Assembly (NCBI GenBank): GCA_028534125.1
Contig: CM052818.1
Location: forward strand, 33,916,001 to 33,976,000
Source of the DNA: Lama glama
Lineage: Eukaryota
DNA length: 60,000 nt
Direction: 5' to 3'
A program made the position numbers and the translations under genes. The notes below the pieces were generated by a model. It saw nothing but the letters and a program-made list of their open reading frames with translations. It did no database searches and had not been told where the DNA came from. Positions 1-12,200 of this stretch are shown here, piece by piece (positions within the stretch are counted from its first letter, which is position 1; each line of letters begins with the position of its first letter).

Positions 1-907
1 TAACTGACTGGGGGCTCTGTAAATAGTGGTAATCTTTGTCTTAGTTTCTAGGTGTGGGTATCCAGCTTGTGCCACTTGGAGCCGGGTATCTGTGCAAGTG
101 AGGGGAGGGGAAGCGGGGCAAAGGCCTGGGGAGAAATGGCCATAATACCTACTGATAGCTCAGTCTGGGTCTTGAATGGGGGCCTGGGTTTACCTGATCA
201 GGCCAGGAGGTGACCGGGACTCTTCCACACAGGAACTCTAACTCAGCCAGTCATCCTTCTGCCTGGGACCATTTGAGCACTCGTGTTTTAGAGTTATTCT
301 TGCTGTTCTCCACAAAGAGAGACCCCAATACCAAAGGGAAGGACATTGGCCAGGGTCTTGCCTTGAGCTGGCGTAAAAAACCCTGAGGACTCCTTACCAT
401 TCTACGCGTGATCTATTCATAGTACGGTGTCCTGGAAAGAACACCGTCTAGGAAATCAAGCCACCTGGTTCTTGCCTTGGCTTAGCCACTTACTGACCTG
501 CTGGGATATGAGATCCCAGACCTTCATTTCCATACCTTTAAAATAAGGGGTTTGCACAGAATTATCTGGAAGGCTTTCCCAGTCCTGACAGTTGGTGCTT
601 CTCAGCCCCTGGCACCTTAGATTCTCCTTCCTACCTGCGGCTTCTGACTCCGACTCCCCTTCACTGCTCAGTGCAGAGTTCTTGGGCCCTGGCCTGCTCA
701 AGGCTGCTGCTCCCAGTTTCTAACAGGACGCATATGAGGTGTCCTGTTAGACACCTTAAGGCAGCAGGAAGAGACTGGCCATTTGCCCCAAAATTAAGCC
801 CTTGGGCTCAGAGTACCAGAACCTCATTCAGTCAGCAGACTTACCTCCCTTCTTGAGATGGCATCCTGCCCCTGGGAAGTATCCTGACACCTGTGTACCC
901 TGCACAG

Positions 908-3128
<2,221 letters not shown>

Positions 3129-3745
3129 GCCTGCCTCACTCCATTGTTTCCACCTTGCAGTGATATAGCTTGACCCTGGAAGGGTCAGACCACCTCCTCA
3201 AAGTGGGCACATCAGTTTTCACGGGATTCGATGCCTGGTCAGAACTTGATGGGATTAGCACTCTGAAAGGCAATTTCACTCTAAGTGTAACCTGACTCCT
3301 ACTGAAATCACCAAAACCTTGATAATGGTCTTATAGCCACCACATAGTAGGCACTCCATAAGTACTTGTTGAACTATATGATTTTGTCAACCTAAGTTTA
3401 TACTCATATCCTTGCAAATGCCACTCATCCCCATTCTTCATGGACACACATTTGTTTTTCTAAACCTCCCCAGCCCTAGTGTAGCTCAATTTTGGAGGAC
3501 CCCCTCAAACCCTTTATATGGTGCCTCCATAAATATGTTACTAAGTAGGTCATCTACAACCTACAGAGGCAATAAGTAAGACTCAGCAGAAAACTACTGG
3601 GGAGTTGAATTTTCTAGAGCTTGGAAAGAAGCCTGGAGAACACCAAGCCCAATCTCCTGTTTTAGATGAGGACACTGGGGTCCACAGAAGTGAGGTGACC
3701 TGTCGACACCACGAGTTTGTGGCAGAGTAGAAACTTGAACCCATG

Positions 3746-4046
3746 TGCTATAGATTAAATGTTCATATCCTCCCCAAATTAGTATGGTGAAAACCTAATG
3801 CCCAAGGTGATGGTATTAGGAGGTGGGGGCCTTTGGGAAGTGATTAAATCATAAGGGCAAGGCAAGAGTCCATGTGAGGACACAGCAAGAAGATGCCATC
3901 TATGAATCAGAAAGCAGACAGCAAACCTACTGGCACCATTATCTTGGACTTCCCAGTCTCCTGAACTGTGAGAAATAAATGTTTGTTGTTTATAAGCCAC
4001 CCAGTTTATGGTGTTTTTGTTAAAGCAGCTCAGACAGACTGACATC
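3746..4046 (+). mobile_element. MaLR (MLT1-type) solo LTR inserted in a MIR
   Basis: Typical MLT1 motifs GGTGATGGTATTAGGAGGTGGGGCCTTTGGG, CCATGTGAGGACACAGCAAGAAG and GAACTGTGAGAAATAAATGTTTGTTGTTTATAAGCCACCCAGT. MIR-like sequence lies immediately upstream (~3610-3743). Confidence 0.85.
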
Positions 4047-4469
4047 AAGTTTCCTTACTTCCTCCCCAGTGATCTTAACCTGGAGAGTCAAAGATAAAGT
4101 AATGCTGCTGCTGTGATTCCCAAGAGAAAACTTAACTTGGCCAAACTCCTGCCTTGTGGCAAACCCACAAAAGCAGATGGATTAGCCTTTTGTTGTCTGA
4201 ATGTACCCTGAGTGTAGAGACCCTCTTTTTCATGGTACCTCAGTCAGACAGCCCTAGAATTCAGGTCCTGGGGCTGGAATAAGATCAAGAATACTGGCAG
4301 CTCAAGCTGCTTCAGCTGCCTCTTGGGTGGGTACCATGGTAGTAGCTGAGTGCCAGCGGTGCTGTCCTGATGCCTCCATTTACAGAACGGATTGCTAGGG
4401 CAAGGGACTAGGTCTGAGCAGCACAGCGTTTTCCCAGTGCCTCTGGCCCATTCTGAGGCTAAGGACAAG

Positions 4470-4490
4470 GTCAGCACCACGGACAGCCCC
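4470..4490 (+). promoter_or_regulatory. RE1/NRSE (REST binding site) upstream of UCN
   Basis: GTCAGCACCACGGACAGCCCC matches the RE1 consensus TTCAGCACCACGGACAGCGCC at 19 of 21 positions. Confidence 0.85.
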
Positions 4491-4780
4491 ACGGTCCAGC
4501 CTCCCTTTCGTGTGCCAGAGAAGGCTGGAGATCTGGACTAATCTGGTCTGGGGACGGGCCCCCTAGTCACTGCCGGCTGTTCTAAGCGGGTGAAAAACTC
4601 GTGGCTCCCAGAGCAATTTTTATGCCCTAGCCGGTTTCTCGCTTTCTTGAGTCCGGTGTCACTTCCAGAGACGCGAAGGCTAGTGTCCTGAGGCGCGCCC
4701 CTCCGGGTCTTCGCAGCCGCAATGGATCGGACTCGCAGCTGCGGCCGTTTATTGCTCTACAACCAGTGCATGTTCCTCGC

Positions 4781-4814
4781 TGACGTCAGTCGGAGCTGTC
4801 CTGGTGCTATATAA
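4781..4814 (+). promoter_or_regulatory. UCN: UCN core promoter: palindromic CRE plus TATA box
   Basis: TGACGTCA at 4781-4788 and TATATAA at 4808-4814, within a CpG-rich region just upstream of non-coding exon 1. Confidence 0.9.
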
Positions 4815-4839
4815 GGCTGGCGGCGGTCCCGGGACAGAC

Positions 4840-4927
4840 CCTGTGTTCCCCAAGGCGCCCTCAGCCCGCCCCGAGGGACAGAGACTGGAGCTCCGTCCTG
4901 CACCGTGCAGACGCTCTCCGGCAACCT
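4840..4927 (+). other. UCN: UCN non-coding exon 1 (5' end approximate)
   Basis: Begins about 25-30 nt after the TATA box; donor CCT|GTGAGT at 4928; next acceptor TCCAG| at 5188, 13 nt before the ATG. Confidence 0.75.
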
Positions 4928-5201
4928 GTGAGTGGCTCTGAGCATCTGCCCAGATTGCCTCAGCACCAGAACTGCGCTCAGCTCACCTACCGCGACCCAC
5001 TAAGAGGGAGGGAGGAAGAAAAGGGTGGCAAAGAACTGGGCAGCGGCCGGGGCTGGAGGGAAGGCTGTGGGCACCGGGCGGCAGTCTCAGGGGCCCGGCA
5101 GGGGCGCTGGAAGTGCGCGGGAAGGGGAGTGGCACCACCTACGACTGCCCCAGACGCACCTCACCCTGCGCTGCTCCTGTGTGTCCAGGGTTGGTGGCAC
5201 C

Positions 5202-5582
5202 ATGAGGCTGGCGGGACGCGCGGCTCTGCTGGCTGCGCTGCTGCTCCTGGCGCAGCTGCGCCCGGGGAGCAGCCAGTGGAACCTGAGGACGGCGGCGGCC
5301 GGGGTCCAGGACCCGAGTCTGCGCTGGAGCCCCAGGACGCGGAACCACGGTGGTGGGGCCCGCGCGCTCCTCTTGCTGCTGGCGGAGCGCTTCCCGCGCC
5401 GCGCCGGACAAGGCGGATGGGGACCCGGGATCGCAGGCGAGCGGCCGCGACGGGACGACCCTCCACTCTCCATTGACCTCACCTTCCACCTGCTGCGGAC
5501 CCTGCTGGAACTGGCGCGGACGCAGAGTCAGCGGGAGCGCGCCGAACAGAACCGCATCATATTCGACTCGGTGGGCAAGTGA
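5202..5582 (+). CDS. UCN: Urocortin (urocortin-1) precursor, 126 aa, single coding exon
   Basis: Kozak-like GGCACCATGA; signal peptide [23 protein letters not shown] cleavage site; CRF-family mature peptide [40 protein letters not shown] followed by the GK amidation signal. Confidence 0.98.
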   Translation: MRLAGRAALLAALLLLAQLRPGSSQWNLRTAAAGVQDPSLRWSPRTRNHGGGARALLLLLAERFPRRAGQGGWGPGIAGERPRRDDPPLSIDLTFHLLRTLLELARTQSQRERAEQNRIIFDSVGK

Positions 5583-5725
5583 TCCAAGGGGTCTGGGTCC
5601 CCGAAAACCTCGACCCCCATCCTCTATCCCCAAGCTGGGACATGCGTGTGACAGGAACTGATCCAGTCCAGCGGTGCTAGCGCGGCCTAGGGATACCCTG
5701 AGCACTCTCCGTATTACTAGTTTTT

Positions 5726-5731
5726 AATAAA
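5726..5731 (+). terminator. UCN: UCN polyadenylation signal
   Basis: AATAAA about 145 nt after the stop codon. Confidence 0.85.
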
Positions 5732-6135
5732 AGTGCTGAAGAGCCGTTGGCCTCTGTTGCGGGGAAGAGGGGAACCACAGCAGGGTGGGAACCCGTGGGG
5801 AAGTGGGGCCTCCCAGGCCAGCGGGAGGGAACCAGATGCTGCCAGAAGGCTCCGCAAAAAAGGCTTTCTGCTAGGGTCCTAGGGTCTCCGTCATCCCCGT
5901 GTCTCCCAGGAACTCAAGCCCCGGTGGCGCTGCACGACCCCCCGACCCTCATCCCTTGGCACTGGGCTGGGGAATCCGTGCCCAATATGACAGAGGTGCC
6001 CAACAGGGGTTCATTCCACTTCCGCCCCCAAAATGGTCCCAGATTTGGAGAGGGCGGGATGGTGATGCGATCGTCTGCGAAGCGAAGGCTGACAGCGAGC
6101 AGTGAAAGGAGCTGCGGATTGGGACGCATTAGCCC

Positions 6136-6141
6136 TTTATT
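6136..6141 (-). terminator. TRIM54: TRIM54 polyadenylation signal
   Basis: TTTATT on + (AATAAA on -), about 115 nt after the TRIM54 stop. Confidence 0.85.
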
Positions 6142-6253
6142 GAGCCCCTCCCCCAAGGCGCGGCGTCGAGCTGTGTGGCACGGTGGTCTCTGCTTAAGAT
6201 CTTTCACGACCAGAGCGCCCGGCCCGGGTGCCGGGCTCCCCAACAAGGGCGGG

Positions 6254-9200
6254 TCAGTGCAGGCCTGTGCCTAGGAAAGAAAGCTCAGTGGGTAGGCGCT
6301 ACAAAGGAACTAGGCAACTCCGAAGCCCAAGTCACCCCCATTTCCCCGCCACGAGGGTTTCTCCTTCACTTCCCCTCCGGACCTGGTCTCCCAAACTTCC
6401 AGAGGACTGGATGGTGGGAAAAGAAGTTGTACTCCGGCAAGCGCGCTAGGGGGCGCGCCCCTCCCGGTTGAGGTTGGGAGTAGGGACTACAAGCAAACCT
6501 GATGCATCACTCTGGGGTATAGCCGGAGGAGTGGGCTGGAGCTTATCAGCCAGGACCCGCCATGGCCACACTCACACTCCGGCCCACCTGGCCGCTCTTC
6601 CTCTGGTCCTGCGCTGCCTTCTTCCCCGTCCGGCGCTACCTCCTCCTCCTCTTCCTCCCTAGAAGCGCCTGGGTCGAAGGAAGGCCCGGTAAGTTGAAGT
6701 CCCTGATTCTCTGGCCTTCATGCCCCTCCCTGCCCCGACCCGGAGGGTCTGGACGCCTGGTCCCGGCGGCCCGCCGCCCCCTACCTTTCTCGCTCCCTCA
6801 CCCGGCTGGAAGTCGATGGTCCTCAGCATTTCGGCCAAGTGCTCCACGCTCACGGTGAATTGCTCCATGCTTTCATAGCCCGGCTCTGGCCGTCCAGCCA
6901 ACTCCACCTTCGACATTGCCCCGACCCTGAAGCGGCGGCAGCGGCGGTGGCTCAGCTAGAAATTACCAGCCCCTTAGCCCCTCCCCGTGGCAGCGGAGCC
7001 CCCGCGGCCCCTTCTTTCCCTTCCCGCTCCATCTACTCACTTATTGATCAGCTCCTTGGCCTGCTGCAGGGAAGAAAGGAGGGTGAGAGTAAGCACTACG
7101 TCAGCCTCTGGCAGTCCCATTTCTGATCCCCACCACAGTCCTGCCGGGTAGGTGGGGATGCGCATCCCAATTCGTTAAGGAGAAAACGGACTCAGAGGGG
7201 GTGCCTTGCCCAAGTCTGTGGGTCAAGTAGGTGCCAGAGGTAAGACTTGAACCTGGTCTCCTGGTGCCAAGGCCCCTACTCCAGCCACCAGGCAGCCTGC
7301 TACCCTCCCCCAGGGCCCACCTGTAGGTAGAGCGCCATCTGCGGCTCCTCCATGGACTGGATGGCGGACTCCACCAGCTTAGAGGAGGCCTCCAGGTGGT
7401 CTCCGTACTGGCGGATGAGGCCCCTGACGCGCTGCAGCTTCTCCTCCTGCTCCCGGGCCAGCGCCTGCAGTAGCTCACCCTTACGCTCCTCCAGCACCGC
7501 ACACAGGGCCTCAAACCTCTGGTTTAGCAACTGCTTCTGCCTCCGGCTGTTGTCCTGAAAGACCAGGAGCAAAGATGAGACCTCATAGCTGAGAGAGCAG
7601 CTGGCTATTTGTCCCACTCTCCTCATGAGAAAGCCAAAAAGAAAAGTGACTTCTCAACTATATCTCAAATTAGTGGCAGAGCTAGAACTCTAGCCAAGGG
7701 CTGCTGATTCCCAGATTTTTTTTCAGTAATAATAATAAAATGATATATATTTTTGTTGAGGTTTAATTGACATATAACGTATTAGCTTCAAGTGTACAAC
7801 ATAATGATTCAATATTTGTATATATTGCAAAATGATCACAATAGGGTTAGTTAACATCCATCACCACACATAGTTAAAAAAATTTTATTTCTGCATTGAG
7901 AAATTTTAAGATCTATTCTCTTAGCAAATAATGATATTTTAAAGAAACTTCATGAGTGCTGTCTATATCTCTGGCCCTAGTTTTTACTTGTGTTCTCTTA
8001 TTTAATTCTTAAAAAGATCCAATGAGGTAGCCATCATATCATTCTCACCATCACTATTTTATGTATTTAAAATCAAGCCAATCCAAATACAGAGAAGTTA
8101 AGTAACTGGACAAAAGTCACAGAGCTAGTGAGGGACAGACCTGCGATTCAGCAGCCTGGGTAAGCCCATCCCACTACTTGTGATGCACCTCTAAGAGCCC
8201 AGAAACTTTCCCTCCCTCCCATCCCAGGCTCACCTCAATGGTCTGGCACACCTCCTCCATCTGTGTGATCACTGCTTGCACACGGTCATTGCCTGCCACC
8301 AGCATTGCGATGCCATCACTGAGCTCACTCTGCCACATACACAGGCCAGCAATTAGGGCTGGAGGACCTGGTCTAGAGCTTGCACCCCTACCACCCCAGC
8401 CAGGGCTGCTAAGAGATGACTACCCCCTCTGCTCCACCATCAGAGCATCTTCAGGACAGTTTTACAGCTATCTAGAGAGTTTGAAACCATCCAAGAAGTA
8501 TGAAAACACATTCTATGGATTCTGGAAGGTGGTAGAGAGAGGAAGTACTGCACTACCAAACGAGAAAGGAAGAGACATTCACCAAATATCTACCAAATGC
8601 CAAGTACTGGGCTAGATGCTTTATCTGTTGATTCATGTCTTCCATCAATTTTGAAAAATTCTTTGTGATTATCCATTAGGATAATATTGCCTATTCTCCA
8701 TTCTCTTTATTCTCTCATTCTGTGACTCTGATTAGATATATGTTAGACCTTCTCATCCGCAACCTTCTCATCTCCCAATGCTGTATTCTAGGTTATTTTT
8801 TCAGCCTTCTCTTCCTGAGAGAAATCTGTCATTTAATTCATCCTTTGAATGTTTTATTTCAACAATTATATGTTCATTTCTAAAAGTTCTATTTGGTTCT
8901 TTATTAAATCTGCATTTTTGATATAGTCTATTAATGCTCATTTTTAAATTCCATTTTTAAGGCATTTTATACACAGTGACTTTCAATTCTTTAATCATTC
9001 TAATATCTGAAATCTTTGGGTGTCTAAATCTATACTTTTTGTTTCTGCTGACTTCACTCATGGGTATATTTCTTTGTGTATCTTCAATCATGGACTAATC
9101 TTTCATTGTTCTCAATCCAAGGAAAACCCAAGGCCTAAATGGAAAGTTTTTTCCTCCAGGCAGAATTTATATTTGCTTTAGTCAAAAGCCACGTGGCACA

Positions 9201-12200
9201 ACTGACCACTTTAGGGATTCCTGGGATTCTAGTTTAACCTGGGATCCTTGGGTGGGTCTTCATTGCAGGTCCCTCACCTTTTAGGATTTTGGAGGCACAG
9301 TCTCATCTCTCAAGTTCAGTAATAATTTGCCCTCAGGAAAATCCTGCCTTTTCTGTGCTTATCACTCAGGGTTCTGTTCTCAGCTAACCCCCCCTCCTCT
9401 TCTTCCCACCCCTCCCCTACTTGGAGATTTCCTTTACTCCTATGTGTGTACCAATATAATTTTTAAATTATGTTTTATGTAGAACTTAGTCTTGTGACAG
9501 TGAGATGGCCTTGATAGTACCTAGTCCACCACACTGAAGTCTCTGATTGGATCCATTCCTCATTTTATCCTTACAACTCTCAGAAGGAAGCATTTTCATC
9601 CCCATTTTACAAGTGAGGAAAGTGAGGGCCAGAGAGGTCAAATGACTCACCCAAGGGCACACTGAGTCACGCATAGAGCTGGAACTTCAGCCCTGATCTG
9701 CCTGCCTTTAAAACCAAGTGGAGTAAGAGGCTGCAGTTTGAGACCCTGTCCTATGTCCCCACACCCACATGCCTACTAGCTCTGCTTCTTGATACCTTCT
9801 GGCGTTTGTAAATGGTGGGCAGTGGGGCCACCTCACAGTCCTTGTGGGCACCAAAGACCTTGCAGAGGGAGCAGGTGGGGACTTCACAGTTCAGGCAGTA
9901 GATATTGATCTTCTCGTCTTCATGCTCCTCGCACATGAGGTGCTGCTCAGCCTTGGAGTGCAGTGGCCTGGAAGGGGGCAGGCAGGGTGGCAGAAGGGTC
10001 AGGGGCCAGGCTGGTGGGGGCAAGAGTATGAGGCCCCATGAATGCCTTCTCTTCAGCCTCCACCAACCACCACCACCTTCTCTGCCCCCGCAGCTGGTGC
10101 TGTGGCTGGACAGGAGAGCAACTTCCACAGTGCTCTTCATTTGAGGAATAGAGCTATGGGGTATAGAAGGCCTAGATCCAAGAGCAGTTTCCATTCCAGG
10201 GGGCAGAGAAGGCCCACAGGGCAGGAGGTCATGGAGGGTTGGCAAGGACCTTGCTGATGGACTGCCAGCCCCTCCCCATGTGGAGAGGGTGAAGCACTGA
10301 CCAGGAATCAGAGGCCACCTAAGTTGGGTGAGTTCCAAGCTGGGGGCAAGTCCCTCCTCCTTTCAGGGTCCAGTCCTCTCATCACTAATCTGAAGAGTCA
10401 GGTTGGTCATTTCAGCCCCTCCCTTCTGGCCCTGATGGGCTCCCTGGCTGTGTCCCAGGCCCTGCACTTTAGAGAGACAAGAGGCCCTAACAGCTCACCG
10501 GGAGGACTCCTGCTTGTAAATGTCGATAATGTTTTCCACTAGCAGGTTTCGCTGCAGGCCGTAGACGCCGTGTCGGTCCAGGACGACCTCATGCCTGCAA
10601 GATGGGCAGCGGAAACGACCTCCCGAAGACACGGTGGTGGAGCCCCGGGATTGCCACAGGGGGTTTGAGGCCTGTGGTACACAGAGAGTGAGAGAACAGG
10701 CACAGTGAGTCATGGGGGAAATGGGACGACATAGGGGGAAGGTCAAGGGAGCTGTGGAACAGGAGATGGATGGAAGGGAGGCATCAGCTCTTTTCTGTGG
10801 CTGGGTGCTCCTCTGAGAGCAACTCAGGGTGAGTGGCTATGGAGACATTTTTCAGCTTTGCCTCATTACTCGGCCCACCTCCTTTAGTGTCTGGTGTGCA
10901 TTTAGACCCTAGCTTTGATCAAGGCCTAGTCAGGGCACAATCTCCTCAAAGGGGCCCAGCTTGGAGCTCTGGGGAGACATTGACCTCAGCAGGAAGGCTG
11001 AGGTAGGAAATGGACTCAGTGGTGCAGCCAATGTCCTCCAGCCTGGGGCTCTCCTGCGCCACGTCTTGGGGAGATTCTCTGCAGCCCTGGACAGGGGCAC
11101 AGAGACAAGTACTGAATAATGGGGCAGGCACATCAAGCTGATTAATTCAGGGAAATCACTCCAGGGACTGGGAATCAGGAGTCTTGGGTTCTTGTGCTGC
11201 CCTGATGCTGCGCTATTATGTGAATTTGGGCAAGTATTCAACCTCTGTAAAATTAAGGACCAGATTGGATTATTCATTCCACCACAAATATTGAGCGCGT
11301 GAGGTAATTGGTAGGCTCTGGGGATAAGATATGAATAAGTACCTCCCTGCCCTAAGGAAGAGCAAACTGACAACCACATCCAGTGGGCTGGGTGTTGTAA
11401 CAGGAGGAAGCTCAGAAGGAAGACTTAGCAGAGATGCTCACCTTTCCTCCCACTTACACCTCATAGAGAACTTGTTCCACCCCAACCTAAAAAGGAAAGC
11501 CCTACTGTGACCCAGGCCACAGACAGCTGGTTCAGAATTGAGGAGGTGATCACCTGATCCAACAGGACCAATCAAATTTTCCCTCTGACAACTTGGAATC
11601 AAGACCCAGAGGCTGAGTCTGATCATGTATGGCTTTAGAACTGAAATATGCCTTGTGGAGTTGGGCTAAGAGCTGACATTGTGGCCATTCAGTCTGTGTA
11701 AGCAGAAGGAGAAAGTGTGAGGGGTCAGACACTGTGAACAGAGAAGGCTGGTCAGCAGGAAGAGAAAGGGTCAATTTGGGGAGAGCCACAGAGATGAAAG
11801 ACCAGTGGAGACTGCTTGTTGCTTCTTGACATTCCCCCCTTCTCCTTTTCCTTCTTCAACAATAGAGCCCCTGAAGTTTTAGCAAGACACAGGGAATAAA
11901 GACTATGTGTCCAAGCCTCCCTTCCCGGTGGGTGTGACCAAATGACTGCGTTCTGACCAGTGGGATATACATAGAAATGTGCTGTGCAATTTCTAGGAAG
12001 TATCTTGGGATGGGCATGCCCTATTTCTCCTCTTTTCTCCTTCCTGCTGTCTAGAATGAAGATGGAATGGCTTACGTTGAAGCAGCCATCTTGAACCATG
12101 AGGTAGCCACATGTTGAGAATGGCAATGAGATAAAAAGAGTGAGTCTCTGATGAGGTTGTCCAGGACTGCCTATCCACACTTTTACTTGTGAGAAAAAAC

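Larger units (their letters stand above)
4660..7060. other. CpG-rich region spanning UCN and the 3' exons of TRIM54
   Basis: Visibly high GC and CpG density relative to flanks; boundaries estimated by eye. Confidence 0.7.

Noticed and set aside
5025..5201. N-terminal extension of the UCN ORF (185 aa in the ORF track)
   Set aside because: It starts at a GTG inside the intron; the real start is the ATG at 5202 after the acceptor at 5188.
4928..5705. Several long overlapping ORFs on both strands over UCN
   Set aside because: Expected from stop-codon scarcity in GC-rich DNA; low-complexity Arg/Gly/Pro/Ala products with no recognisable domains.
8330..9795. Extra TRIM54 exon of the longer human isoform
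   Set aside because: As I recall that exon is Alu-like; no such sequence or convincing exon is present here.
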